Origin: Mytilus edulis
Taxonomy: Eukaryota
DNA: 64,000 bases
Reading direction: 5' to 3'
NCBI RefSeq assembly: GCF_963676685.1
Contig: NC_092355.1
Coordinates: 38,874,001 to 38,938,000, forward strand
A model generated the notes under the pieces. It worked only from the letters and a program-made list of their open reading frames with translations, was not told where the DNA came from and searched no databases. How positions within the stretch are numbered: the first letter of the stretch is position 1; each line of letters begins with the position of its first letter. The position numbers and the translations under genes were made by a program. This document shows, in pieces, positions 1 through 13,375 of the stretch.

Positions 1-60
1 GATCGTCCCAATCATTCCATACATTGCAGCAGTACCCTTTTTAGCAAGAGTCTTGTTCTC
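1..60 (-). CDS. SGPL1: SGPL1-like coding exon 12 (partial, continues beyond window)
   Basis: Acceptor TTCTTGTAG at 61-62; ENKTLAKKGTAAMYGMIGTI matches the SPL C-terminal G-x-A-x-YG motif. Confidence 0.88.
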
Positions 61-599
61 CTACAAGAAATAAAAAGTAAATATTAGGTATTCTCTTATG
101 GTTGGGGCCTGTTATCTAACTCCCACGTGAATAGATATTTTTCGTATCACACCGTACGGAGTGTGATATGAAAAAGTGATATCAAAATTACGGTAATTTG
201 ATTGGTTATCTCGTAAATTTCCAATATTTTCATTGGTCGTTGATCAGGTCATTATTCACTGGAAAAGGTCATGCCGGGACTGCTTTTTTTCTTGACAACT
301 GATTGTTTACTTCCGGTTTTGCACAGATGACGCCCGTAGCAACAACTCTCGCCACGAAAATAATCATAAAAACATTTGTTTTTTACCATACGTTTTACAG
401 CTTGTGATAATTCAATATCGTTTGAATTAAACTGAGTCATCTTATTTTTAAATATATAAAATCAGCCTTGAGCGAATAAAATAAAACCATATTAGTTCAA
501 AAAGTATACAGATCAGTACGCGTTGCAAAGAAAATCGGCCGTATCAACACAACTCACAACAAATAGGCCACGCACATACAACTTTTTGCCATAAGAGAA

Positions 600-762
600 A
601 TAGGTTTAACAACTTGTGAGAATTAGATATCGCTTGATATCAACTCTCGTTATTTAATTTCAATAATAATAAACTCGCCATAGGCTCGTTTATTATTATT
701 GAAATTAAAAAACTCAAGTTGATATCAATCGATATCTAATTCTCACTCGTTATGAAACCTAT
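600..762. repeat. 163-bp ungapped imperfect palindrome ending a ~100-770 intronic element
   Basis: Arms pair about axis 681; smaller hairpin at ~137-176. Confidence 0.85.
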
Positions 763-2844
763 AATTACATCGAGGGGAAGTTAATTTCACTACCTTTTTT
801 CATTTAACCAATTCCCAGTAGCTATGGACCTATTTACTGCATATTTCACATTGACATTACTATCGAATAGTAGCTATATTCATACAGTAAATAATTTCAG
901 TCTGACGCGTCCATTTCAATCTTTACATCATTTGACAAGTTTAAATCTAACAACGTCATTTTTTTTCAAATATTATCTTACAGTCATTCAAGTACTGTGT
1001 AAATATTTCCAGACAATTCAAGACCTAGTAATTGTTTATCTAGTCTTTAAAAGGCTGTTCATTGAAACATCCCGTTTTAGTTCATATGTGGTTTACTCTT
1101 TATATACACAACGGCCTGAGTGGGACATTGTCGATATGTAAATGGAGAATGTGTCCATACGACACAGATGGTGGCCCTGCTTGTGCATTACGTTATAAAT
1201 GGACATGACTCAAGACGAGCGTTATAAATTCGATATGATGTGTGTTTTGTGGTTATAAGCAGTGTGTATACGTTGAATATGATTTGGTTGTAGAAAACTA
1301 AATTTTAAGAATGGAAACTAATTTTTGGACGTACGAACGAGGCTATATAATATTGTACAGACCTACACAGTACTGAATCAGAATTGTCAGTACTTAATCG
1401 ACTGCAAGCGAATTATTTGTACAGTACTGAATTCACTGCAGTCAATTAATCTGACAAGTGACTGAAAGACAGAACATGACTTAATTATTTTTTTGTGCAG
1501 TCTTTTAAGGTGATGTTACGATAAAAATTACCGTTTCAGACTTAAATTCGTTCAAATGAATAATATATCATAGTTAAAACAGCTAGCATTGAAGTAAATG
1601 CATAACCAGTTCGACAATTGCAGATGCATTTACAACAGTACATGTCAGTACCAGGAACAAACTAACAACAATTTGTCTGATTGACATCACAAGACATGTT
1701 GACCTATGACGAAGATATTTATGTCGTGTCAGATGGGAAACTGAGACATTGTTATGATCGTCAAATAATTGATAGGAATGAACAAATTATGACGTGTCAT
1801 TTGTCAGCCGAGAATCCCAGACATGGTGACGATCAACCAAATATTTAAAATATAACCATTCAATTGCACGACGGAAAATTACATCTATTCGAACACTTAT
1901 TTTTTTGTATAACCATTCATATGTACGAAGAAAAATGCATTTATTAGACCAATCGTATTTTGTTTAAGCATTCATTCGTACGGAGAAAAAAATTCATCTC
2001 TTCCCTTAAACAAACGGTTATTCTTTAACTTCATTACAAAACATAATAACAATATTTCGGTATAATACACAATTTTGCAATGATTTTTATATGAGGGTCT
2101 GAATAAGGGTTATTAATGTCCGTATTCTTTTATCTTTTAAACCATTTTCCCCTTTACATTGCGTACCTTTGATGTTTTTGATCTTTTGATTTAGCCATTT
2201 GATTAGGGACTTTCTGTATTGAATTTTCCTTGGAACTCGGTATTTTTGTTGTTTTTCTTTTAATTAGTTTTCACAATATTCGCTTTTTTTTATTCGTAAT
2301 TTCATGCCTCAAATTCTGCATTTTTTTTTAATTATTATTATTTTTATTTTGTAAACATAATCAGGACTTGTCTAAGAATGAAAGTTTAAAAACAAAATTT
2401 AAGTTCTGCCAACAGCTTGCATAGCCACAGTAAATGTATAAATAACATCAAGTGAATATAGTCACTTATTCCTTTACATTTCACTTAGTTTATATAATTT
2501 CAAAAAACAGAGCCAACCGTTTAATAAATTAAGAAAATAGAACATGAAACACTCATCTAAGTACAAAGCTCAGGTTGCTAGAGTTATTTCGAGAAAACAT
2601 TTGAAATAATTAAAAAAAATTGTTATATAATAATAATTACATTAGATGTATGTTTCATTACAATACGTTATTCTGATTGGCTAACTGCACATCACGTGTT
2701 ATTCCTTAAGCAATTGTATCACTCAATAAAACTTCTCATCCATGATAACACGAGGTCCCACAATAAAGAGCACAGGAGAATTAAATTAAAAAAATAAAAA
2801 ATTCGTGTTTTCATTATCCTAGCTAAAAAAATGTAATTATAAGT

Positions 2845-2982
2845 ATTGAATGCTTCTTTTTGTAACTTCATAGGGTTGTAAAAGCGTTGACCGTGCGCAC
2901 ATGTTTAGAATGAAGCGCGGAAAAAATGTACTTCGGTCAACGCTTTTACACCCCAATGAAGTTACAAAAAGAAGCATTCAAT
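2845..2982. repeat. Long palindrome (~48-bp arms) at the end of an interspersed element (~2640-2990)
   Basis: ATTGAATGCTTCTTTTTGTAACTTCAT...GTAAAAGCGTTGACCG versus CGGTCAACGCTTTTAC...ATGAAGTTACAAAAAGAAGCATTCAAT. Confidence 0.85.
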
Positions 2983-3350
2983 TTTTAAATAATCCTGAAT
3001 TTTAGCATTTAATTTAGTCAGATATAAATCTGTATGAAATTAAAGATTCAATAATTATAACGCCTTATAAAGCAATAAATATCATATTGGTGTGACATTA
3101 TAACTTTGTTATAATGACTGTCATCTCAGACAGAGGTGAACAACCTGACTGACGTATAAGATAATGAATGGATGATGAAGCATTTTCTTGTGTATAATTA
3201 ATTTCTTTCTTTTTGATATGCATAAATCAGATCATTCAATATCATTTTCCAGTCCGAAATTATAAAACATGGATGAGATTTTTTTCAATATGAATTGATA
3301 AACCTTTTACCACATCTACAATGACATCTACAAGAAGTTAAGTAACAAAC

Positions 3351-3469
3351 CTTGACTTCAGCAGTGCTGTCTTTTAGATCCCGGATGAAGTCATCAGCTA
3401 TAGCAGTATGGCGTGGCAAGATAGAACAATGAATACAACTCGGTTTCTGGTTCCTTTCTATCGTCCATC
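3351..3469 (-). CDS. SGPL1: SGPL1-like coding exon 11
   Basis: GWTIERNQKPSCIHCSILPRHTAIADDFIRDLKDSTAEVK; not in the ORF track. Confidence 0.9.
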
Positions 3470-3859
3470 CTGTATAAAAAGATATTGTAAAATGATTGGT
3501 TTATTGTAGGTGTTAAATGCCATTTTCAGAACTGTTACAAAGCTACCATATCGTGACGGTATGTTTTTTTGTGGTGCAGGAAGCCTGGGTACACGGAGAC
3601 GATTATTTGTGTTATGCAATACACAAAATAGTAAAAATAATAATATATGCAGTGAAAGGAATTGTTTCTTTAACGAATGTATCGCATGGCTTTGCAGAGG
3701 TGTTCCTTACGATTGTTTTTAAATTGAAGTTTGTCACAGATGATAGATCATTTTAAATTGTATTGGTCTGGAATGATATATCTATATACAAAAATGTTTA
3801 CTTATAAAACAACATACTAGTGTTTCGTAATTATTATGATAATGATTAATACATGCAAA

Positions 3860-4235
3860 ACACGCGGCTTCGGTGACCGAGTTGTCTCAGTAGTTTAACT
3901 ACTACATCCCTAGTCTGTTAACACTGAGGCTGCTTAACATCCAGCGTCAGATTAAATGCATATTCAAAACGAGAATATGTTAATGTAATATGAACAATGA
4001 TCCTGTATTGTACTAGACCGACGCGCTGGCTCGTATTTTCAACGTGCAGGTTAACAGGAAGACCTGTCACCATACCCGGACACATTATTCTGACTCTGAG
4101 CTACCTGTTTTGCTGCCATTCCTTAGATCCACTAGCTACAGCTAATCGAAAAAGTAACAAACAACAATTTAGTTTGACCCGACCGCGGTTTGAAACCACG
4201 ACTTCACGCGATCAAAACAAACACTTACCTCCGAG
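3860..4235. mobile_element. Degenerate tRNA-derived SINE-like fragments
   Basis: A-box-like GGTGACCGAGTTGTCTCAG on +. On the opposite strand, a body with GACACATTATTCTGACTCTGAG and B-box-like GTGGTTTCAAACC. Related fragment at ~45620-45690. Confidence 0.45.
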
Positions 4236-4540
4236 GCTGTTTATGATTATTAAAATATAAAACATTTGACTTTCTATGAATAAGGAAATGCATTCATTTG
4301 ATGGACATTTATTAATAACTTGAACTTAATAATCAGTACACACATCCGAAAAAAAAAGAAGTCTTCGTTTTTAGTCATGATCCTGTCAGTGCTTTTCGGA
4401 TTTTTTAATTTATTTTGCAATCTGTATGTTTTTGCTGTTAAACTTTCCACATACACAAAAATATATGAACTGGTCCAACGTTTTACTGCATTAGTTTTAA
4501 TTTAAAATCATAATATGTAGGGACCAGATAAAAATATAAC

Positions 4541-4643
4541 CTTTCTTCTCTATCGCATCAGCGACTGCATATATATCCAAATCTTTAACACATGGTCCTA
4601 TAGCAAAAGCGGTCATATGCGGTTCACCCATAATCTTTAAACC
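4541..4643 (-). CDS. SGPL1: SGPL1-like coding exon 10
   Basis: GLKIMGEPHMTAFAIGPCVKDLDIYAVADAIEKK. Confidence 0.92.
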
Positions 4644-5177
4644 CTGAAAGCAGTTTAGAAATTTAAAACAGTTATGAAAGGTCAACGTGTGTGCTGTTTT
4701 TGATGTATTGTGTATTTAAGGAAAATAATATCATAAATGTATCTGTCAAACATGCACTTATTTTGTCGATTTACACACATGTGGTTTGTGATGCTCAGTG
4801 TTCATCTTTTGATGTAGACTAAGTGATTTGTGAACTGTTGTTTGTCTTTTTGTATGTTTCAATTTTTTCATGGCGTTGTTAGTTAAATAAATTGACAACA
4901 TTATGTCTAAAACAATAGTACACAAAACAAAACATATAAAAACTAAAGACGTATATTTGACTAATATATTTATAAATAATTACAAGATTACACATACATG
5001 ACATAGGAACTTAAGGAGAGAAAAAGGCAAAAAAAAGATAAAGACCAAAATCACATTTTTGCTATAGACCAAATGCAAAATGAAAAATCAAATATTGTTG
5101 ATTTTAATTTGTGTTCTAGTAAATCATTTATTTCTATTGGTTTATACACTATAAACAATTCAATATGTCATACAAAC

Positions 5178-5299
5178 CTCTATTTCATTAACGCCTTTCA
5201 TCATTTTTTCTGTTGTATCCATGAGTTCCTTAGCTTTATCCATAAATCCATTCACACCTAAAGCTTTCAGGGAAACCCAAGCTGATGCTATAGTACCAC
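5178..5299 (-). CDS. SGPL1: SGPL1-like coding exon 9
   Basis: GGTIASAWVSLKALGVNGFMDKAKELMDTTEKMMKGVNEIE. Confidence 0.92.
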
Positions 5300-5787
5300 C
5301 TGCAAAGACGCAACTCTTTTTCAATTTTAAAATAATGTTTGAAATAATACGTAACTCAATGGAAAATTTATGTTTAAAAAAACGTTCTGAAAACAAAATT
5401 TATTTTACACAGATTTTCGCGGATGGTTAGGCCAGACAGCGCCAATAATAGCAGTTGACAAATACGACCAGTCAAAAAACGATGTTATGTAACTTTAATG
5501 GTGAAAGTACTTTCACTAACTACCTTAATACATAGGAAATCCTAGAATTATTTCAAAGATAAGGAATTATGTTTACAAATCCCGTATATGTTACAAAGAA
5601 CATCAGACAATTATCCCCAATATGTTAGAGAAAAATAACCATGAAATTTATTTCCGAGCATACAAACAGTTAATTCAACTTCTCAACCTGAAGTATTTCA
5701 ATATCCACATTTTTAATTCTAATTCCCGCGTTGTTTAGATCTGTGTACCGGTATTAAACGTCTGTTTTATTGATTTAGCAAACATAC

Positions 5788-5902
5788 CTCCTCGTGTTCC
5801 CGCCATTGAAGGAGAACCATAAAGTCCGCCTGGCCATTCAGGGTACGTATAAATCTGATGTTTTCTAATCTCAGCATTTCGGTAAACTATAACGCTTGAT
5901 CC
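5788..5902 (-). CDS. SGPL1: SGPL1-like coding exon 8
   Basis: GSSVIVYRNAEIRKHQIYTYPEWPGGLYGSPSMAGTRG; donor GTATGT. Confidence 0.93.
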
Positions 5903-6264
5903 CTTTAAAATTCATATAATCGGTATATTTACAATAACTATCACAGTGTATGTGTTGCGAAGTGAATATTTTACAAATAATCATCACGACGAAATAGCCG
6001 ATAAAAAATGAATACTACATAATTGAATATTTTTGGAAGATGATTTTGTCTGATTTGAAACAAAAACGGTTCATCGAAGGCAAAACGAATGATTATTTCA
6101 TAGTGAAAAATCAACCATAAGTTGCACTAGCTCTGAAATTTCTTTAAGGATAGAACTACGTGTAATCAAGTATCTAATTTATTTATAATGGCACTGCTAC
6201 TGCTAGCTATGGATACATCCAAGGTCCAAGAAAAAGATGTAGACATTTAAAAAATATAAACTTA

Positions 6265-6552
6265 GGGAGCTACCATTTGATTTTTACGGGGGGGGGCTAG
6301 GATGAAAAATGTTGTCCTGCATTTTTTTTTAGCTGTAATCTCTGTCCTGCCTTTTTATTTTTTACTCTGTTCGGTCCTGCCTTTTTTTTTTTTAGTTTAT
6401 CCTGACTGTTTTTACCTAAATTGTCGTCCTGACTTTTTTTTTTGCAAGAGTCTCATCCTGCCTTTTTTTTTTACTCAAAACTCCTGTCCTGCCTATTTTT
6501 TTTTCAAATTTCATCCTAGCCCCCCCCCCATAAAAATCAAATGGCAGCTCCC
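6265..6552. mobile_element. MITE, PIF/Harbinger-like (GGG...CCC ends, TTA TSD)
   Basis: ~45-bp TIR GGGAGCTACCATTTGATTTTTACGGGGGGGGCTAGGATGAAA; TTA at 6262-64 and 6553-55; internal TCCTGCC-T-run repeats. Confidence 0.85.
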
Positions 6553-7081
6553 TTACTGACGAGCGAAATGAAACGAGTATATTGTTGTACGTATTAAAGC
6601 AAAACACTATAAGATCAAACGCCTACTACACCCCTAAATGTCCCCTATTCATTCTGATGTGTAGATATTCTGCGGTATAAGTATGTAAGTCTTTCTGGCC
6701 ACTAATGCCTTTGGTTTTTTTTTTTTCAGAAATAAAATCCATAGGAACAACTACCATGGAATTGTTTCTCTACTGAATTTATTTCAAAAGGAGATCATTC
6801 ACTGCCGGGGTAAAAAAGATGTGCATTGTCAAAATACGGCGTTTAAAAAAACAAATAACGTCGGTTAAATTAAAATGAATATATTTTATTTTTTAACTTC
6901 TACTCCCTTGGCGGGAAAAGAAAATGCAGATTTTTGGAATAACGAGCTTGGGATGTTTTCTATAGTCGATGTTTAGTTAATTAGTTTTCAGTCGAACAAT
7001 AATGGACGAATATATGTCACTAGGCATGAAATACATGACAATAACAGTATTTAGAATAAAATTTAGTCTATATACTAGTAC

Positions 7082-7181
7082 CTTTACTGAATAACCGTAT
7101 TTATGAACATCAGCTGATATTGAAGTTACCCCGGGTAACCGGAAGTCAAATGGTGGTATTCTGTATCCTAGTTTCTCTACC
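7082..7181 (-). CDS. SGPL1: SGPL1-like coding exon 7 (PLP-binding Lys)
   Basis: [33 protein letters not shown]. Confidence 0.94.
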
Positions 7182-7292
7182 CTGTTAAAATACAATAAAC
7201 ACGTCAAGTATTTCACCAACTGAAATAAAGAAATAACTCATTATGTTCACAGTTAACGTTACTATACAACAGTTTGATACTTTGCTTTATAA

Positions 7293-7705
7293 TAGAATCA
7301 TATTCAAAACAGTGTCCTATTGACTGGGACAGATTAGGTGAACGTTTGTCTGTAACGACCACTGCTCACTATGTACTTGTTAAAGACACTTAAACTGTGG
7401 TGTCACCAAAGGTTCTCAACGCATAAATAAAGTAATTAGAAAAACTAATCAGGATTAACACAATGTTTTGATTTATATCAATAATATAAATCAAAACATA
7501 AAGGTTATTCCTGATTAATTTTTTTAATTATTTTAGTATTAAAAGCTTTAAGAACCTTTAGTGACCCCACATTTTAAATTTTATAAAAAGTAAGTAGTGA
7601 GCAGTGGTTTTTACAGACAAACATTCACCTAATCTGTCCCAGTCAATAGGATAATTTAGGTCGTCAATCAATGGCCACAGCCACACTGTTTTGAATATGA
7701 TTCTA
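7293..7705. mobile_element. Foldback MITE (whole element is an imperfect palindrome, ~190-bp arms)
   Basis: TAGAATCATATTCAAAACAGTG / CACTGTTTTGAATATGATTCTA, and TCCTATTGACTGGGACAGATTAGGTGAA / TTCACCTAATCTGTCCCAGTCAATAGGA. Confidence 0.85.
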
Positions 7706-8019
7706 TACTGAATATTAATATTTATCTATTATAATAATGAACTTTCAAGCCATTTCAAACTGTTTTTACAGTTTGTTCTTATGTTATGCTGTAACACCAT
7801 TGTTCCAAAAGAGAAGCAAAAAGAACATCCAATCTAATAAGGGGAAAATGACAACGCCATGACTAAAAAAGAAAAATATAAAACAAACAAACAACACAAC
7901 TCTACTCAAAACACAACATATAAAACTAAATATATCAGGTGCTCCGGAAGGATCAGCATATCCTGCGTCATATGTTGCAACTTATGTCAGCCAAACTCTG
8001 GGTAAATTCTCATTGGCAA

Positions 8020-8286
8020 TATAAAAAAGAAGATCTGGTATGATTGCCAATGAGACAACTGTCCACAAGAGACCAAAATGACACAGACATTAACAACTAT
8101 AGGTCACCGTACGGCCTTCAACAATGAGCAAAGCCCATACCGCATAGTCAGCTATAAAAGGCCCCGATAAGACAATGTAAACAATTCAAACGAGAAAACT
8201 AACGGCCTTATTTATATAAAAGAAAATGAACGAAAAACAAATATGTAACACATAAACAAACGACAACCACTGAATTACAGGCTCCG
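8020..8286 (+). repeat. High-copy interspersed repeat (GAAGATGTGGTATGATTGCCAATGAGACAAC family)
   Basis: Near-identical inverted copy at ~17088-17345. Related copies at ~16944-17085, ~45740-46040, ~62752-62955. Degenerate inverted copies in each TRIM unit. Confidence 0.8.
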
Positions 8287-9192
8287 GTACCACATCTACT
8301 TTATGTCAAGCTTTAATTACTTTATTGCTTTACATTCCGTAAATGATCGATTGAATGGTATTTAACGCCATATTCAAGAATAGTGTGGTATTTCGTGTCA
8401 GAGAAAGGCGGAATTAAGATACCTAGGGAATATGGTGACCTAGGTTGGTCCCCTCAGTAAAACTTTCAGTATGCCTTCGGAATATACAAATATTGTCAAG
8501 AATTTCAATAACGGCCGGGAAACAGACTAATGGTGACCCATTATTCAAAGACGTCAACCTGACAACGCAATGGCAAAAAAACCCCCAAAACAAACAAAAA
8601 ACGACCACAAGATAATAAGTCTAAGAAACACAATGTACCAAATAAAAAATGAGCAACATGAATCCCAACAAAATACCGGAGGTGATACAAAGTGCACCGT
8701 AATCTTTGCAAACCTAATGAACATTAATTTTGAAACCGTATTAATGTGAAACTTTAGCTATAAAAAAGCGGTTTTAAATCGTGACAAAAAAAACCTATAA
8801 ACACCTGTTCATACCTTCCAAATTACAATACAACATTGTCTTTGTTTTCCATTTTTTAACTGTTATTGTTGTTTTCTATTTCATATATTCCCTTGATAAC
8901 TTGATATTTATGTTTCTGTGGGAGCATTATTTCATGCATACAAAATTTCATGGATTAAAGACACATTGTTTTTTCGTAAATTTTGGATTTTGAGTCTTTT
9001 TTCCAAAGTATGCATAATAGCTTTTAGAACATAGGCACACGTATTCCACGAAAATTGGTAATCCTTGAATAAAAACGGATTCGTAGTAAATATATTGTTT
9101 GTGAAGTTTTTTTTTATGGATATACCTTGTTTCAGCATATTAAAACAATTTGAAAATAGCTTTCAATACATATTTCCACAATTTATACACAC

Positions 9193-9344
9193 CATGGAAG
9201 CATGAATCCACCAAAGCAAGCATCTACATGTAATGGCAGACCTTTTGCTACAGCTAAGTCCGATAACTCTTTGATAGGATCAATAACACCATGACAGAAC
9301 TGGGGTGCTGAAGCAACTAACATCACTGTATTCTCGTTTATAGC
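9193..9344 (-). CDS. SGPL1: SGPL1-like coding exon 6
   Basis: [51 protein letters not shown]. Confidence 0.94.
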
Positions 9345-10304
9345 CTGATAAAACATCAATTGTTTGTTTGTGTTAAACGCCACATTTTATTTTTCTTCCC
9401 TTTCTATACGTCCCCCTCCCCATCGTCGGAACCTAGACAACTGATGGTGTTCACTTATCGGAATGGTATAAAATTAACATATTCTCACTTGTTCTCGTTT
9501 GTAGTCTTATTACACAATAAGTGTTTATGTGTAGTTTGTTTGTTTGATGGTGTTTAGTGCCACCTTGTGTAGTATCACTTTTAACGACCGTTGCTTTATC
9601 TTTATAAAGGTTGCATGGTTTTTATTGTTCAAGGAAGTCAGATTCTGCAGAAAGAAAAACTAGCCGTTTAACGGTTGGTTAGCAGGAATCCTTGCAATTC
9701 TTGTCAATTAAGATTGGATTCAAACAAAATGTTTTTAAAAAAATCTTTATTCTACATACTGCATATCATCTTATACTAACCCTGACGTACTTTACAAATG
9801 TTATTACGCAAATAATTTTTTTTCATATGATTGTTACGTCTTTTATTCAATTTAGCGACCTAATAAAAAACAGGAATTAAATGCAATAAGAAGTTTTAGA
9901 TTACCACCACCCCACCCTAAAACACACATACACCAACCGTTATTTTCCTCTTTGGAAGTAAGCATAATTATGCTTGTACATGTGAATTTACAAACTGTCA
10001 ACAAGTTCATAGGGTTCAATGCTACAATGCTCGAATTTACCTAGTGATACCTATTTAACCAGATAATTTTATACATTCCATATGTGTGGTTAATTTGTCA
10101 ATCATAAAACGCAATTCATGTAATAGATTGTGTAAGGGATATACTTATATCTTTGTGTAAAAGTAATACTAGTATTTATGTATTCATTAAAATCCACTAA
10201 GTGTCAATAAATGATTGATTTGTGTATTTATAGAAAATTATTTTAATTATGATAACTCAAATATTTTTTTCTTTAAATAAAAAAATCTGACTTTTATTCC
10301 TGAC

Positions 10305-10421
10305 CTCTTTCATGGCTTGTACATCAGCACGGAAATCCTCTCCGACTGGTGTATGGATTACTTTCAAACCAAAATAATGGGCTGCTTTATCAATCGTCGG
10401 GTGGACGGTTATTGGTGCTAT
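10305..10421 (-). CDS. SGPL1: SGPL1-like coding exon 5
   Basis: IAPITVHPTIDKAAHYFGLKVIHTPVGEDFRADVQAMKE; phase 0 to 0. Confidence 0.92.
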
Positions 10422-11318
10422 CTATAATTATATACTATCATGTTTCATTTTATTATATGCAAAATGGATTTGACAAATTCATTGTTTCAGATAATTTCCG
10501 AAGAACAATTTTGAGCCAATATTCCATCTGAACTCCAGAATGGAAATTGTATGTGTATTGAAACCACAGCAATCTAGTATAATAGAATAGTTATTTAGGT
10601 TCACACGCGATATGAGTTAAATTGCTCTATATGAGTCTCCCTTTATCTTATATCGATAAAACACGAACAGGGAACACATGTATAGCTTACCGATAGCTAC
10701 AAAGGAAATCAAAGCTATCATGAACTGAAGTTGGTGATGTCGACAAATGATCTCAGTTTAAGGACACGAAGACATCTTGCAACTTTTGTGTATTCTTAGT
10801 GGGAAAATTACTTACTTCATATTTCGCAACATTTAACTTTTTCACGACTGATAAAACAATCTAGAACTTATATTTTGTCCTTTGCCAAATGATTAATCCA
10901 CCCGGCAATGTGAGAAAAAAATACAGCATAAAAAGAGTACTAATGTCTCCCACTTACACATAGCTTATCTATCAAAGGTACAAAGACCAATTACGAAAAT
11001 CCACTGTTTGTAATATGATTAATGTTTTAAAGTAGTATAACTCATTTAAAAAAAATATCGGCACTGAATTTTGAAATCGTCAAAGACATTACCGATATAA
11101 ACCTAAGATACTTGTACATAAAAGTCTGGCTAAAATTGTACACGTGAGACCGCTTACAAGACCGGACGATATCTCTATGTCCCCTGCAACACGTTGAGCG
11201 GGAGACGAATAATTCACAAAGCTGTATCTAACTATGTTTGTAGATCATTGTCAAAGCGTGGTTAAAGATAGATACAAATGTAGTAATGAACATACTTTTT
11301 AAGTGACGGATAACTTAC

Positions 11319-11484
11319 TATTTCTGGTACTCTAATATTTGGTCTGCTTTTTTTTGCCATGTCGCGGTAAGTTTTAACAGCCATTAAGTTGCTTTCTGTT
11401 CCGCCGGAAGTAACAAATCCAACAACATCCTGATCTCCATTTAACATGGCTGCTGTCATGCTCACAATTTCTGTTTCCATTTTT
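11319..11484 (-). CDS. SGPL1: SGPL1-like coding exon 4
   Basis: KMETEIVSMTAAML...GFVTSGGTESNLMAVKTYRD...VPEI; donor GTAAGT. Confidence 0.93.
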
Positions 11485-11968
11485 CTATCATACAGAATGA
11501 AAACATAACTTTGTTACATCAGTTTAGTACGATGCATAATTATCAATTTTAGCTTATAGCTTTAACTTTTAATGTGATTGTTAATTACATAACTTAATTT
11601 TACATGTATATACGTTTATGTAGTATGTAAAAATGTATTTTTTGCTTTAATATAAAGTAGCAATGCAAGCTAAGTTCCTGCAACAGGTGACTCATTGAGA
11701 AAGCTCTGGACACTTTCAGATTGAAAAAAACAACGTTTATATACTGTGACTCGAAACCACAAGTATATGTGTCCTGTGAGAATATTGCTGTCATTTCGAG
11801 TACAATTACATAATTACATGGAAACACTTATTCGATGTAAATAATATGATCCTGTTTTGTGATGGCGATGTCGTAGGATCTTCAAATTTGACTCTATTTG
11901 AGTTTATCTGACTTTTGTTGTTTCCTCTTAAGTTACTGAACAAAATTATGCCATCGATACTTGCTTAC

Positions 11969-12071
11969 CTGAGACTAGGAAACACCATAGGATTCAGTGC
12001 ATTCTCGTGTAGAAACGCATGCAGGAATTCACTAACAATAGTATCATGTTCGACAGAGTGACCGATCTTTT
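11969..12071 (-). CDS. SGPL1: SGPL1-like coding exon 3
   Basis: EKIGHSVEHDTIVSEFLHAFLHENALNPMVFPSLR; acceptor TTACAG, donor GTAAGC. Confidence 0.9.
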
Positions 12072-12266
12072 CTGTAATTAAATTAGAAATTTATCAATCG
12101 AATTCCACCGAATGTTGTGCATGCGACATTTGCAACTGGACGTATATTATACACTGGCAGCGGACATTATTAAAATATTAACTGTAATATCTATAAAAAT
12201 TCTCAAACTGATATGCATGCAATATTTGTCTCTGGACGTATTTCACATATAACTGACATCATATTT

Positions 12267-12976
12267 ATAAAATCTAACATGAATAAAACTCAAAATCAGC
12301 ATTTTTAATTTCCTATGGAGATTAACATTGGAAGGGGAGATAACTCTGCAAAAATGAGTCTTTTTTTGGTCTTTTTTTTGGTTGATTTTCTTGATGGGGT
12401 TATAAGTTGATATTTGACAAAATTATATAATGTTCTGCTCATGAAATGTACAAAACCGAAGTGTTATGGGTAGTTTTATTTTTTTGGTGCTTTTTTCATT
12501 AAAGAAATTGCAAATTTGAAGCTTTGTGACCATTTTGAAGAAAAAAAACAATGTTAAAACTTGGTATTGTTTATATATGTATATTATGTTTTTTCAGCAT
12601 CTTACTTGTCTAAAGACACTTTAAACCACAAAAAGAAGAATACATGCTTAATTATTTTTATCAAATTTGAGATTTTTTACCTTGACATGTTGAAAAATTC
12701 AATAAATGGTCAACAAATGAATTACGAAATCTAGATTTAATTTATAGCTTGATAAAAGATATGAAAACACCATTATAGTTGTTTGTTATACTCTAAAGAC
12801 CGAAAAAAAAACAAGAATCAATACATTCTGATGAATAGAAGCGGAAGAGTTATAATTTTGTATCAATACTTATTGATATTTCTGCCTTTTTTGCAAGAGT
12901 TATCTCCCTTTTCAATGCAAATCTCCATAGAAATCTTAAATGGTGATTTTTTAGTCTTCCTCAAGTAAGATTTTAT
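12267..12976. mobile_element. TIR element (~85-bp imperfect TIRs) in SGPL1 intron 2
   Basis: ...TTTCCTATGGAGATTAACATTGGAAGGGGAGATAACTCTGCAAAAA versus TTTTTGCAAGAGTTATCTCCCTTTTCAATGCAAATCTCCATAGAAA... Confidence 0.75.
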
Positions 12977-13375
12977 GGGACTTTTGTCTGTGTATATTTG
13001 GGGTATAATGTTAATTTAAAAGATTAAAACTTAAAAATCTTCTGTTGCAATAACTTTCGTTTGCTGTGTTTGGACTTTTGATTTTGCCTTTTGATTTTTG
13101 ATTTTCCTTTTTGAATTTTCCTCGGAGTTCAGTATTTTTGTGTTTTAACTTTTTTTCAGGTTAGGGTCAAATGTATGCTAGATTGACTGGACTATAATAA
13201 ATTCGCCAGACTGATATGCATGTTATATCCACTAACCATTATCTTAATATCTTGATCAAATAATGACGTTATTTATAAAATTTACCTTCAAATAAACAAC
13301 TTTTTAGACTGTAATACATGTAATATTTGCCACTGGATTTAAATTAGACATACATGCCATTTTCTTAAAAAGTAC

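Noticed and set aside
3862-3935. Possible tRNA gene
   Set aside because: Only an A-box-like head; no cloverleaf or B-box on that strand; treated as a SINE relic.
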